A stretch of 63,798 nt of DNA, counting the filler, from Choristocarpus tenellus KU-1152 (lineage: Eukaryota; Protista; Phaeophyceae), in NCBI GenBank assembly GCA_964200185.2. It is 10 parts of 10 records of this genome, joined end to end, with 100 filler letters (N's around TTAATTAATTAA, not from the genome) between each part and the next. Parts side by side here need not be neighbours in the genome. Positions count along the whole stretch, not along the records: positions 1 to 2,520 come from CAXNAD020027121.1; positions 2,621 to 5,123 come from CAXNAD020027271.1; positions 5,224 to 9,765 come from CAXNAD020014082.1; positions 9,866 to 20,189 come from CAXNAD020002990.1; 6 more parts are not named here. The stretch is one strand, 5' to 3'. Position 1 is the stretch's first letter. The number at the start of each line of letters is the position of its first letter. Shown here piece by piece: positions 1 through 13,085 of the stretch. Both the position numbers and the translations under genes were made by a program. The notes beneath the pieces were generated by a model, which saw only the letters and a program-made list of their open reading frames with translations, did not search any database and was not told the DNA's origin.

Positions 1-1159
1 ACATGCGCCTCCGACAGGGATGTGGAGATCTTTCTTATACGACCGTACGCCTTCACAGGTCCCTAAATGGTTTAAAGCAAGCCTCTAGGACTTGGAACAC
101 CAAGCTGGTTTCCACCCTTAAGTGCAATGGTTTTGAGCAGTGTCTGATTGGCCCGTGTATGTTTAGATTCAGGAAAGATGGTGTTATCAAGATGGTGCTT
201 GCCGTCCATGTGGATGATATAATAGTTTTGGCGTCTTGTGATGATTGCAATGATCTTTGTGCTTCCCTGAATGAGGACTTCTCCACCAAAAACTTTAGCT
301 TGCTGTCTCAGGTTTCTGGTTGCACTTACACAAGCGATTGTACGCGTGGTACCCTCTCCGTTACTCAGACTTACTACATTGATAACTTGTGTGAACGTTT
401 TTCCATCCAATCAACCACTCCCATCCCTGCAGCCCCTTCCAGAAAACTTGGAATTAGGGAGGGGGACAAGATCTCAAAGGATTGTCCCTTCCGAGAGGCA
501 GTTGGAGGATTGATGTGGGTCAGCAACATGACCAGACCAGTTGTGGCTAATACAGTAAGAGCTTTTGCCCGTCATTCGCATGCTCCAAGCAAAGTACAGT
601 GGAGAGCTGTGACCCAGGTCCTCAAGTATTTCAAAGGGATGCGAGAGCTGGGCTTAGCCTACCAGAAAGGCACAGGAGTGGACTTGAGGACCTACGCTGA
701 TGCTGATTTTGCCAACGAGCCCTTTGACAGACGTTCTGTATCGGGCAGAGTAGTGATGTGTGGGGAGGCAGCAGTTTCTTGGCTATCCAGGACCCAACGT
801 GCCATACACAGTCGACTGCAGAGGCAGAATACATAGCGATGGGGGACTATGTAAAGGAGTTGTTGTTTTTGCGAGGTGGTTTGGAGTTCTTGCAATCTGA
901 TAGGACTGGGTCATGTTATATAGTGTATGAAGACAACACAGGAGCCATCCATTTGGTAAACAACCCGTTGAGTTCGGGCAGGACAAAGCATATAGATGTA
1001 CGGCATCATTTCCTGAGGGACTTGGTTGCAAATGGACAAATAAGGATTGTCCATGTTACCTCAGATGAGCAACATGCAGATGTCTTGACCAAGCCTTTAG
1101 CCGAAGAAATATTTTCTTGGAGGCATGCAGGGGCTTTGCTAAATTTAGACTATGTTTAG
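1..1159 (+). mobile_element. Ty1/copia retrotransposon pol remnant (RT + RNase H), frameshifted
   Basis: ORFs 3-836 and 758-1159 carry copia RT/RNase H motifs: LNGLKQASRTW, VHVDD, YADADFA, STAEAEY, EDNTGAI, RTKHIDVRHHF, ADVLTKPL. Frameshift near 810. Confidence 0.95.
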
Positions 1160-1324
1160 TGGTTTGCTTCTTGCTGAATTTGAATGTATTTGTTTGGATT
1201 TATTTCGTTTCAGTGAGTTCAATAGCTTATTGTTTTCTTGTCATACAGGATTGACCTGAGGAGTCTCCTAGGATCCATAAATGTTTTCTTGTAAGTTCTC
1301 TAGAGTTGTTTGAGCTAGGGAAGG

Positions 1325-1586
1325 TGTTCGATAAGACTCTTCCAACTCTATCGAACAGTTTCGGTAAAATATGTATGGAGTAAAGGAACAATCAATTAGT
1401 GGTTGAGTTATTAGAACCTTTTACTAGTGATTAGTTGTATGAGAAACATTCTCATATAAAAGGAAATATTTCTGATTTATGGGGTACAGCATGCCCCACT
1501 TAACTTTAATCACTCTACAGACACCAAGCAATTTCGCTGGGTTTATCACCTTTATCCTCTTTGACGATTTGGGAGATACTTCAACA
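1325..1586 (+). repeat. 3' LTR of the copia element (262 bp)
   Basis: Purine tract AGGGAAGG directly precedes TGTTCGA at 1325; ends GGGAGATACTTCAACA at 1586 (TG...CA, inverted ends). Both ends resemble the LTRs at 55825 and 58427. Confidence 0.75.
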
Positions 1587-2244
1587 TCAGTCATCACATT
1601 GCCTGCCCAGCTGATTTCATCTGTTTCACAGGTCTACTAACCATCTCTTCGTCATCATTCTGGGACTCAACCACCTCGTCACCTTCTTCAACTGGTGTCC
1701 CAGGTGTCGTTTCCCCATACTCCGCTCTTCTCGAAGTATATCTTCTGTAGCTGAGGACCGCCTCCATAGGGACTCCTCCTCAAATCGATTTCAACGCTAG
1801 CCTTGAGAACTTAGCACACTTCAATAAGTAATACTAGCTGTTAAAACATAGGCTACTCATCTGTTTTTCCTCGGTACGATAAAGTTTCACCAGCCAACAC
1901 TGACTGTTGATTGGTCTGTTACACACTGGTCGTTATTGTCACTAGTTCGTCATCACCACTCAATTACCATCAGAACAATGCAGTACAGAACAATCGCTCT
2001 ACATTCATTCTACACACAGAAATAGTATACGTCACTTGAGTTGCATCACATATTGATTCAAGTTTGTTTTGTTATCTTGTTTGTTCCTTTTTTCTCTTTC
2101 TTTCTTCTTATCAGAAGAAGATGGCAGTTGTATATTAATTGTTGATTATAATTTCTTTCTTGGTTGTCATTGATCCCTCACAATGCACCATATACTCACT
2201 CTGCAATAAGTGTACCTAACGCACACCTGGATGTAATATAATAT

Positions 2245-2520
2245 ATTATTATGCCCTCTGACATTTTGCAGATGTGTCAGGGGGGAAACCAATGAAAACT
2301 ATACATATGTCGTTATTAGCCCTAAAGAAATAAAATATCCTAAACATGAGAACACGATAAAACATCGTAAGTGTGGAAACCACTAATCTTTCAGTTACTT
2401 CACCAATATAAAATACTGTACTACTGTCGTCCTTTGCTTCCCATCTACCTACTCCTGTGCCTTGGGGGGGGGGGCTAGGGAGGCATTCCAAGAATCCAAC
2501 AGACCCCTCCGTGCCCATCT
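2245..2520 (-). mobile_element. 3' end of CRE-like non-LTR retrotransposon
   Basis: Reverse-complement match to 52600-52822 plus 52965-53030; terminates in GAGGGCATAATAAT. Confidence 0.7.
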
Positions 2521-2620
2521 NNNNNNNNNNNNNNNNNNNNNNNNNNNNNNNNNNNNNNNNNNNNTTAATTAATTAANNNNNNNNNNNNNNNNNNNNNNNN
2601 NNNNNNNNNNNNNNNNNNNN
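2521..2620. other. Artificial contig linker (44N-TTAATTAATTAA-44N), first of nine
   Basis: Identical linkers at 2521-2620, 5124-5223, 9766-9865, 20190-20289, 30857-30956, 34996-35095, 42153-42252, 48727-48826 and 60034-60133. TTAATTAATTAA gives stops in all six frames. Confidence 0.97.
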
Positions 2621-5600
2621 CCCCCAACATTCCACCACACTCACCCCCACTCCTTGACAAGGATCCCCAGGTACCCACCCCACCACAGCCTTAGCTCTGT
2701 CACCATTTGCTGTTCGAAACAAGCTCCCAAACTCTGCTCTCTTACCCCCAAAGGCTGCCGACATCGGCAAGCCAGAAGATGAGCCAGCAGAAGTAGTGCA
2801 CCATACCATCCCGTTCCTGATGTTCCCCGCTGGATACCCCTGCAAGTCCTCTCCATGCCTGTCTGAGACGCTAGCGTTTCCTGCTACAGTTGGTATGGTG
2901 GTGCAACTACAAAGAGGAAGGTTGACAGTCGTGGCCAATGCCCTGTTGATTTTTCCCCCCACAGGGCAGGCAGGAACAAGCAGAGGAATAGGGTTAGGGT
3001 CAGGGTTATCATATATACCCATTCCCTAGTGAAGCTGTCCAATACATAGAGAGAGATAGGGTAAGGGTCAGGGAAATTGTGAACCACACTCTTTCATCCC
3101 CTAGTGTGACAGTTACACATTGCTTACAACAGAGAAATAGGGTCAGGGTTAGGTGAAGACCACGGCAGGGGCACACTGTAGGCAAGGGAAAGGTGATACA
3201 CTTATTTCACTAAACATTGCAAGGCGGTCGTGCCCTGGAATAGAAAAATTACATTGAACTACAGGTCTAATACTTGACCTAGCAACCCTCGTCTGTCATT
3301 TTGACCAAGAGCCTGAGATCTGTCAGACTAATGTGAAGATAATGATCATACCATAGACACGTTTGTAAGCAAAACTGACACCATTAAAAATATATATATA
3401 TATGTATGTATGTATGGATGTATGGATGTATGGATGTATATATACCCTGTAATTTTGCACTAATATACACGAAAAACCTGTCTCATGGGTCTACTCAATC
3501 ATGCATCGACATGACAAAAAAAAAATTAAACTTAGAATTATCAAAACACAAGTACCTACCATAAGACCAACAGTCTTTCGTGCACCAATACTGTGAACTT
3601 TTTACGATTAAAACACAAGAAAATAAAAATCCAAGGAGGGGCTGCAAAGAGTCCATACCAAAGGAGTCAAGTATGCCTTACTGCATTTCAATTGATCACG
3701 GGAGTCTCTATTCTTAGTTATCTACATCACCATCTGGACATATATACATATACGTATCACCCTACTGAAAAATAGATCACCTTGCCACCCTCTCACCCTG
3801 CCACTCTCCACCTAAACCCCACATACTCACTCGTGATCACCCTAACCCTAACCCACCTTCCCTGTTCCTGAGTACTAATCATGCCCACAGCTCAAACAAT
3901 CTTAGCCAGGCTCATCCCACTCATATCAGAACATCCCCATCATGACAATGACAACCTGGCCATCATTGTACTCTCTCTCTCCCCCCACCGCCCCCCCAAC
4001 ACACACACATCAAACAACCTCACTAAAACCTAGGACCCTTCCACCACCCCGTGACAAACCCTTCTCAGCAGCAGTCACAAGAGTTCCCCTCAACACCCAC
4101 CCCCCCTCCCCCTCCCCCTCCCCCTAAATTTCTAATGAGAATTGTCCTTCCACATACCATAAACAAAAACATCAAAATCAAACCTCAAGGCAATAGAAAA
4201 AAATAAAATAATTAAATACCACCGTCATAGTGCGTAACACAAATATATAGAGATCATTTTTTTTTTTTAATAGAACAATAATGTAAGGAACAATTACATC
4301 AGCAAACAAACAAAAAAACGTCGCTCTATCCACCACCACCTGCCTCACACCCTCCTTCCTGCCTAGAGACCCAAACCGCGCTCCGCTTCCAAAAAATCCC
4401 AATTCCCTCCCACACGCTTGAATTCCGCCTGTATATCATCATACCTGTCTGGTTCTACATTCCCAACCCTCGTACCATCAACAGCCAGAACCAGGGGTAC
4501 AAGCGGAACTGTCGGAATGATCTCTTCAAGCATCGCCTCCCGTTTGTGCTTAACCATATTACCACCTACTTGACCCGTCCTTAAGGTACTATATTGAGAA
4601 TTGTCCCTTGGGCGAGTGGATGTGTTCACACTCTCAAATGATGAGATCGGGAAGGCGATGTCAAGAAGAGTATCGCTCTGTAGCACCACAGGGCACCACC
4701 CCCACCCCCACCCCCAAGCGCGCGGTTTTCAAAACAGCAAAAAACAATCCCATACGGCAACGGCGGTGGCAAAGCGAAGAGTAGTTGGGGCCAGAGAACA
4801 CTTTTCAGTTGTGAGAGGGGAGGAATAAACAAGGCGACAAGGGGGGAGAGAGAGGTAGACGGTTGTGCTTCTTGTTTACATAGAAAGACCTATCATTTTA
4901 GGGTACATGTACCCCGTCTGATACAGTATGCTGTTGTACTGCACTGAACGTTAATATTAGTAGTAAGAGAAAGATGAAAGAGGACGATAGACCAAAAGGA
5001 CACAAGGGAGTTCCTATAAAAAGAGCATTATTTTGTACGCAAGATTAGTATTTGTAATTAACCAAGCACCACTATCAATGCACTAGTATGTAACTGTAAA
5101 AAAAAAAAAGTACACAGGATAACNNNNNNNNNNNNNNNNNNNNNNNNNNNNNNNNNNNNNNNNNNNNTTAATTAATTAANNNNNNNNNNNNNNNNNNNNN
5201 NNNNNNNNNNNNNNNNNNNNNNNAGGGGGCGTCCGTTTCGGTCAAACAACTATTTTTTTTGCTGACATTTCAAATCCGACACGTCCGACCAAAATCACAC
5301 AAAAAAAAGTGAAAATCGAAAAAAGGGTGAAAAACGGATGTCGACACCCCCCCCAGATACTTTGACCCCAATCGCCATTTGATCAATATATTTACGGTCG
5401 CTAGAATCTGTAGATGAACGGTCAACAACTGTAGTAAATTTACCAAGAAGTTGTCAAAAACGAAGGACATATATGTTTCAAGGGTTTCATCGAGTTTTTG
5501 AGAAATATTAGCACACTGTCTGCCCCAGTCTCCCATTGCATTTGCGTTACTAAATGTGTTAATAGAAACCGTAAATAATTGATCCCATGTTTAGGGGCAA

Positions 5601-6172
5601 CAGCAACAGTGGCGAAGTGGTCGGTGGAATTATTCTGCATTTCAATGGCACGTAATTGGGCAGGGGAATGCCATTCAACTTTGTCTTCCACACTCTGAAA
5701 ATGTGGCATTTGGATCTAATATCAGAGGCAAATAGGCCATGCAAGCCCTATCAATGGTTGATTGGTCACGTTGGGAATCATGAAGTTGAAGTGTGACTTG
5801 CATACAGAAACTCGTCAGAAGAGTCAGTACATTAGTTGTAGTCGAGGGAAGGCGCATATCTTTAGGAAAATTCGCTAATGACATATTCGGCAAAGCAGTA
5901 ATGGGGGCAATTGGAGGGGATTGCCTTACATCATCATGTCCCTCGTCTCTGTTAAGTTCTCGATGAGGTCCATGTTTGGAGGACGTTTCTCCTCCACTAC
6001 AGCCTTTAACTCGTCATTGATCAAATTTATGCACAGGTCTCCAGTTGACGACGTCACCGATGGTGTAGACGGCGGTGTTGTAATAGACCTTGTGTGAGGT
6101 ACATGTGCAGTCTGAGAAACAGGAAGGGTTGGTGGTAAGGAAGATTGACTCATTGGGTGATTATCCGCAGAC

Positions 6173-6431
6173 GGGTGAAAGTATCTTAGAAGGTACGAGT
6201 TTTGCCCTGTTTGTCCATTTGAGGCTTGGCTTCCCATAGGTTTTTTTATGACATCTTCCTACTCCAAAATGTTTCAGAGTAGCTAAAATGTATACCTTAT
6301 GAAAAGGTGTGACCACAACATGGATATTGACACTTCCTAACAAACAAGATGACCAAAATTACATCAAAATTGCAACATTGAATTTTGACCCCCAAATGGA
6401 CGCGGCTGTACCCTCTAAGATACTTTGGCTC
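6173..6431 (-). mobile_element. MITE family L (~257 bp), copy 1
   Basis: TIR core AAAGTATCTTAGA...TCTAAGATACTTT; 4-bp TSD AGAC (6169-6172 and 6432-6435). Confidence 0.9.
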
Positions 6432-6857
6432 AGACATCAGTTGTTCAACCATCCGCTGATCAACCTTTCGGAACCCTGAACATTCAACAAAATATTTGAA
6501 GATTCTAAATATACTACCTCCGTGCCATAAGTCTGTGCTGCGTTCTCCTTAACTTTTGAAGATGATGAAATTCATTTCGAAAAAAAGATTTGGAATCCTT
6601 GACGAATTTCTGGTTAGTGGAACATCTTTTTATTATTGTTACTCCCCATTCATCACAATTTTATCAGCCACAGAAAAATCCTCCATGTCTACCTTCGATG
6701 CCAGACAACTGCTTCTTCCTTACCCCTGTGTGCTCCACACTGACGTCATTCGCCCCTTTGTATCAAAGTATTTGATTGTACACCACAAAACGTAGCTGCC
6801 AAGCCCTATCAAGTGTGATTTCATCATGCTCCTCATACTGTTTCTTAATGACCTTCG

Positions 6858-7650
6858 TCACCTCAGCACAGATTGGGGCCCAAACCACTCCCCCATCACT
6901 GGCCATTTCAAAGACCTGAAGAAGGACAGGTCCATGATATTGAGGCCAGGGGAGTTAGATGGCTGCGTCACAAGCCTAATCGACCACCTCTCAGTCTTCC
7001 CTGCCCCTGACAAGATTTCTGAGTTGCCCTTGGCCATGTGGGGGTGGCACTGTCTTGCTGAACGACAACATCCTTCCCCTGCAACCAAGGCATCTCGGTC
7101 TTGATTGTTGGCCATAACTCCTCTGTCTACCACTTCCTGTACCACAAATGACCTAAAGTACAGTCCTTCTCATACACATTCCCTTTTTTATAGTTCTTGC
7201 TTGTCCTGTCTGTTGTTCTTGGCGCACACACACACCAAACATCAAACTTTCCATCAAAGCTGTGAGATGAATCTGGGCGGGTGTTGGTTGCAATGATCAT
7301 GGTTTTGGGGATATGACTCTTGTGCTGGACAGTAGGGGACCGTGGAAGGTCGGTATCATCCTCATACAGAAATACCCTAACCCTTTCCCCATCAGCCATC
7401 ACGTAAAACCAGGTTTATTCCACATGGATCATGTTCGTGATGGAGGCGTACACACCACGTTTCCAGTCCACTTGATCGCAAGCAAAGTCCATTCTTCATA
7501 CCTTTTGTCATGATTTAAGCTTGGGGTAGATCCAGCGGCGATTCCGCATGGCCTCCAAATCATCTAACCATCTGTTTGTGGTGGTCGTCCTATAATTCAG
7601 CCCATTGGCGGCCATCTTAATTGTCACCTGACGCAGTGTGGATGACCGAT
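6858..7650 (-). mobile_element. Tc1/mariner transposase pseudogene (DD39D-like, plant/oomycete type)
   Basis: Minus-strand fragments MIHVE*TWFYV (decayed HVDEKWFY), VQHKSHIPKTM, FDGKF, VVQQDSATP and QPSNSPGLNIMDLSFFRSL, with stops and frameshifts. Confidence 0.85.
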
Positions 7651-8075
7651 TATCGGAGTTGAAAACTATTTCTCCTACCTACCACTGAAGATAAAGCAGA
7701 TGTTGGGGCATAGAGGTTCAAACTCATGCCTTGGCCTACTTCCCATTCCTCATGCCTTCAATGCACAAACAACCACAATAGTGCATTAGTCCCAGCAACC
7801 CTTCTTATCCTGTACTCTACCACACACACAAAACATACTTCTAGCTTCATAGGTTGAACTTACACGACGGTTCTACTGCAGAGATTGTCCACCGGTAAGT
7901 GGATTATCACCCTGGTATACCAAGTACGGGTTGAAAAACGATCCAACCCTCCAACCCCACCACGATCGGTTAGTACAATCCACTAGTACCACCATACCTC
8001 TGATACACCTCCCTCCCATATGGAACATCAAATTGAGAACAAAAACGAACACGAACAAGAGAGCAGTAGGGACAT

Positions 8076-8633
8076 TCACACTTTCCCAACAATGTCACAT
8101 GTACTCTCATACGAATGGTGTTGATCTTGTCTGATGCAATCGCTTCCACTACCTCCCTCACTGCACACATCACCGCTGTTCCTACCACAGGGGTTGCCAA
8201 CAACACTACCTCCCACCAGTCTCCTGCTCTCCTTCCCCTTCCAATTTTCAGCCGCTGAATACCTGTGCCTCAAAATCATCCCTTGATGACGTGACATGCA
8301 CTCTCTGGCTTTTGTCCACAACACCACCTTCCACACCACTAGGGTCACGCCTGCACAACATAGCACACCTACCAAAAACGACTTCCATACCAAACCCCTT
8401 GTCCCTCTTCCAGTCATCCCTACCTCACCCATGGGAGTTACTTTGTTGGTATTTCCTAAGGCTGTCGATGTTCCACCTGGAGAATGACCGCAGTTGTCAT
8501 GATTGTCAAAGGCATTGTTCCTACTGCCATAGCCCGTCCCATTGAGGGACCCTATTGTCAGGGGATCAGGTTGTACATAACCCCACGGCAATGCATTTAT
8601 TTCATATAGCATGGAGCCAAGAGCCCAGTCCAC
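8076..8633 (-). CDS. Terminal exon of a GDA1/CD39-family apyrase (NTPDase) with C-terminal TM helix
   Basis: CAG acceptor at 8634-8636, then VDWALGSMLYEINALPW (apyrase conserved region 5-like) and a hydrophobic segment SFLVGVLCCAGVTLVVWKVVLW; stop at 8076. Upstream exons not found before the linker. Confidence 0.75.
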   Translation of the reverse strand: MDWALGSMLYEINALPWGYVQPDPLTIGSLNGTGYGSRNNAFDNHDNCGHSPGGTSTALGNTNKVTPMGEVGMTGRGTRGLVWKSFLVGVLCCAGVTLVVWKVVLWTKARECMSRHQGMILRHRYSAAENWKGKESRRLVGGSVVGNPCGRNSGDVCSEGGSGSDCIRQDQHHSYESTCDIVGKV

Positions 8634-9599
8634 CTGATGTTGTGTGTGTGGATCAATATGGCATTGAACCAGTGACACAGGAAGATACAATAAGGTTAGC
8701 CGTACTGTGTAGGCTTGGGGTATTGTAATATGTGGAACGTCAAGAATGGAACAGGGGGCAGAGGGGTGACAAACAAGACTAGCAGAACAATTGGAAAAAA
8801 CGTCAGCAGCATACATGACGAAAAAACGAGGACCAGGGCAGTAAGGAGAGCTGGGGTTATATTTGGAGGGGTTAATTGTTATCCAATAATGTTTAAATGA
8901 TCTAGAAAATTTGAATAACAAGAAATGAACATCCGCGGTGGCACACCATTTCTATGCACAACAGTATGTAGGGTATAGATGAAACACACACCATGCATTG
9001 TATACCTCAGGACAGACAAGTTGACAGATAGAGTTGTCCCAACATTTCATGTTGAGAGGTGCTCTATAGACATATTAGATCGTTTATTGTAGTATGTTTC
9101 ATCTGGCGGAATAAAATATAATATTTCTGTTATGTATTTCAGCAAGGATCGTTTCTGCATCAATCTAGAGTATTTCCTATTTCTAGACTTCTAAAAAAAA
9201 TTAAACGAACTAGGATTTGGGAATATCTCTAGACATCTAAAGGTGGGCAAGAGGGAGCTTCATATGCTCACTTTCAGTCTCAACCTGGCTTAGAGTTTCA
9301 CTTGAAGGGACTGTTGTTGGTGTGGTTCAGCAACAATTGCTAAATGGAAAAATAATACACCAAGACATAAAATTTGTTGAAATTCAAGGCAACTGTAGAC
9401 AAGTTAAGCTCTCGTTGGTTCAATGGAGGCCAATAGCATCTATGCAAAAGAGGGCGACTCTGATAGAGCATTTTTCTTTATGTGGTATGGATTTGTTTAT
9501 TAGCGGAGTGAGCACTATCCTCAAGGTGGGGGATGGTGCTCTCCCTTGTTATCTAATTTGTTCATCATCAAACACGTCAGAAATATGTTTAAACATGTT

Positions 9600-9765
9600 T
9601 GTGACGGTTGCACTATGTCAGCCACTTATAAGTTCAAGTTAAACTATGTCAGTCGCTTGTAAGTTCAAGTTGCATTACTTCATTCACTTTTACACTATAA
9701 ACCATATAGACTACTAGTCTATATTGCACACTCCCCCATGAGCGTGCAGCAAAGTTGCTGACAAA
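9600..9765 (-). mobile_element. Probable copia 3' end (PPT + LTR start)
   Basis: Minus strand reads GGGGGAG|TGTGCAAT at 9730, the same PPT/LTR junction as 17524-17536. The far LTR end (~9600) is uncertain. Confidence 0.35.
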
Positions 9766-9915
9766 NNNNNNNNNNNNNNNNNNNNNNNNNNNNNNNNNNN
9801 NNNNNNNNNTTAATTAATTAANNNNNNNNNNNNNNNNNNNNNNNNNNNNNNNNNNNNNNNNNNNNTATTTGTTTGTTTTTTTTTTTGGGGGGGGGGGGGT
9901 TACTTATTTTTTCAG

Positions 9916-11729
9916 GTGTTGTGACTGCACTCAGTGGCCTAATGGAAACCCCTCTGAGCGTGTTTATGACTGCGGGGGACTTGCCAAGGTGGAGGAGCAT
10001 GGAGGAGGGAGACAGACGCCTTTTACTTGGCCGAAGACTAGCCCAGGTAACATTAACCCTGTGTGCTATACCTGTATGCTGTCTCCTGAATCGAGCTACA
10101 CTCACACACAATTGGTGTTTGTGATGTCATGTGACAGTTCTATAAAACGGAGTATGCAATCTGTATAAGTGCAATGTAGAGTTGGAAAAATATCTTTGTG
10201 GGCCAACACGAGTTATTATGATCCTTTGTGCCTCCAAGCTGTAAGACAAGGAGGTAATGCTGTAGAGGGAGACCCTGTACAGTAGAGGGGACTGTGTGAG
10301 CCTTCCTGTATTTTTGTCTGCTGTAGAAAAGCAAACTAGAAATGATTCAACTCATTTGCTCCTCTTAAAATGATTGCCCGCAGCCCTTCCCCTTTACCAT
10401 GATTTTGTACTTCAACAATTTTATTCTACAAGCTCTGCTTCAAGCTGGAGATGTGGATGCCTGCTGCCATTGGCCTCCGTGTGCTTCCAGCTGTGGTAGG
10501 ACCTCTCTTTTTGGGGGGAAACAATAAAGCCAGCGGGGAGGGAGCCATTGAGGGTGCTGGGGCTAATGCCAGGGCAGGGGGTGGGGCGGTGGGGGGCGAA
10601 GGGGGACCGATAGCTTTGTTTCGGGCTCTTCCTTTGCTCAAGTTCTCGTTTCTGGTGTGTGCCTACATGCAGCTGTTGGTGGTAAAGAACACACAGTTGG
10701 AGGATGACGTACATGTCCTGAGGGGTCTCAAGGTAAGGTGGTGATTTTGTCTATGTGAATTATCTTGCCTACACTAACCTGATGTCTGTGATCAACCATT
10801 AGAGGTTCAAAGGTGCCCATGCCCCTCCACCCTGCCATCCCTTGATCACTACCTTTTGCCTTCCTTGTACTTTACTGCCCCCATTGCATTGTTGCCATGT
10901 GAATAACATGGGTACATGCATGAAACAGATTGGCAAGATGGACTGTGCTTGGGTGGAACAGGTCCTGGACAGCCTGGCATTTGGGAGATTGTTGAGCTTA
11001 CCCTGGTGGACTGGTCTAGTTGCTTGCATGGTTGTGATGCTGTCTCCGTCGTCTTCCACTGGTCGGGAGATTATGAGCAGTGAACACAAACTTAGAGTGA
11101 GTAAGAAAGGTAGTCTGTTTTGTTGGTCTATACCTTTTTGTTGCACGCATCAAAAGTATCACATTGTTGCTGTTTGCACACATTGCATTGTTTGTTTCGG
11201 TACATTTGCCTACTGTAGAGTTTGTAAACTCTTGAGTTTTGTGGAGGGTCATGGGGCCAGGTTAGACTATCAAGTTTTTGATGTTTGATGGACATGGTGG
11301 TGTGTGTAAGGATCACTTGCGCACTGTGCACCTCCAATACACATGGTGTTGACCGCTAGAACATGCTGCCAAGGATGCTGTGTTTAGTGTTTTACCTAGG
11401 TGTAAATAGTAATGCATTTGACTGCAAATTGAAAGGCGGTCATGCTGCAATCCCCCTGTCCTCTCCATCTTGTGATCACGCCTCCTCTCTCTCTCTTTGC
11501 TCCACCTGCTCTATCCCGTTCTCAATCAATAAAGACACTGGGGATGAAGATTTTGAACTTTGTTATTGGGCGTACACCAGGAGGGGAAGATGAGGAGGAA
11601 GAAGAGGACGATGATGACAGCGAGGGGGTTATTGATGAAGGGGAAGAAGGACAACAGACTGTGCCACCAGGAAAGCTGTCAAGCATGGCCAAGGTGGCAG
11701 CAGTGGCAAGCGGATTATTGGACTCCTGA
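9916..11729 (+). CDS. Unknown protein, last three exons, acidic C-terminus
   Basis: Exons 9916-10046, 10433-10732 and 11535-11729 have AG/GT boundaries and compatible phases, giving an open splice ...GRRLAQ|LCFKLEMW...VLRGLK|TLGMKILNF...EDEEEEEDDDD...GLLDS*. No family recognised. Confidence 0.65.
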
Positions 11730-12880
11730 TGTACATTTTGTTGTAGTTTTCCTCATTATGTAGCACTGAAATCATCCATCTCGTAAGTACACTTGGTGGG
11801 CATCAACTACTACTTGCAATGTGGATAATGTGACGTCTGTTGGTGTCCAGTGCATTGCAAGGCCAAGCAGTGAAGGATAGGCTGGTGGGAGAGCCCCCCA
11901 AAAGGGGTTGTCAAGCAATAGGTTTCTGTTCTTAAGAAGAGAGGTTACTGTGGTGTGAATTTGATACCACTCATACAACCTTGACCACACACACACACAC
12001 AAGGGCGAAAAAATATCTGGGCACATGTATTGCTGTCAGAACTACATTCTTGTCTGCAGTAGAATTGTGACTACCAGTTACTGACTTGAAGGATTCGAGG
12101 GATTATGTACGAGAATAGATGGATATCTTCAACAGTCCTGCTTGTGCTGTGTGCAGGACCTGCACACATCTGTCCAATGTATGTGAGTCTCCTTTTGATT
12201 AGAGGGTGAGATGATGATGTTGTAGGGTAGTTTTATAGTGGTTGTACTTGAAGTAACTATGTTTTATATTGAGATAGCCTTCAGGGTCAAGGAAGGTTAA
12301 TTGGCCAGGACGTCACAGGAGATTCTAAAGCTAGGTATAACTCTACTACATACATAGCAAGGATTCATGAAGATTTAGATTGGCACACAAGTGGGGCTTG
12401 TGATTTGAAAAAACGCTTGATACAACAACCCCCAACACCTCAGGGCTCTGCAAACACAATGACAAAGTGTAATATCCAGCTCTCTCTAACAAGGGATTCA
12501 GACTAACACAAGATTTGTTGATAATATAGACGGCTCTCCCCCTCCTGCGAGGAAGTTCAATATTTTTACATAATGGCAATGATGTAAGGAAATATGCGTA
12601 TCATGCACCACAAATATTTTTACATTGCAGGTCCCCTTTCTTTAGTGCTTAGCTTCAGGTGTTAAGTTTCAGTTAGCTGAAAGAATTCAGTTACAATTTA
12701 TTCAACTCAGACAATTTGGATCCGTTCGGTTTAGTTGCCTGCAGCAAGCAGTGTGTTGTGCCGTTTATACAATAGACTCCTTTGCCTGGTGAGCGGCCCC
12801 ACCAAAGTCTAGGGAAAAGTATATTTTTTGCTACAAGTCTTCACTGCCAGAAGCGTTATCTCGTGTATTGCTTTTACACT

Positions 12881-13085
12881 GATCCAAACTGAACGAGAGG
12901 TACCCAGGTTTTGGTCACTTTGCATTTTAAGGTAGTTATTCAATCTTTTGCAATTCGCCTATACTTTTATGAATGAAACGCTAAGTTCGACTTTAAGAAA
13001 GTTTATTTCTCTATTGTTTGAAACTTTTCGACAGAATTCAGAAAATGACTACATAATTTTTGAAGAAAACTGAATTTTGCACGTC
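12881..13085 (+). mobile_element. MITE family M, partial copy
   Basis: Matches the left part of 54419-54648 (AACGAGAGGTACCCAGGTTTTG...CAATTC); preceded by ACT like the full copy. Confidence 0.6.

Noticed and set aside
2565-2576. Recurrent TTAATTAATTAA palindrome as a biological motif
   Set aside because: Always centred in 88 Ns; an assembly linker.
4363-4850. 108-aa minus-strand ORF with protein-like composition
   Set aside because: No motif, splice partner or repeat copy that I can support; left unannotated.
5370-6160. Chain of short minus-strand ORFs, possibly a decayed mobile-element gene
   Set aside because: No diagnostic motif recognised.
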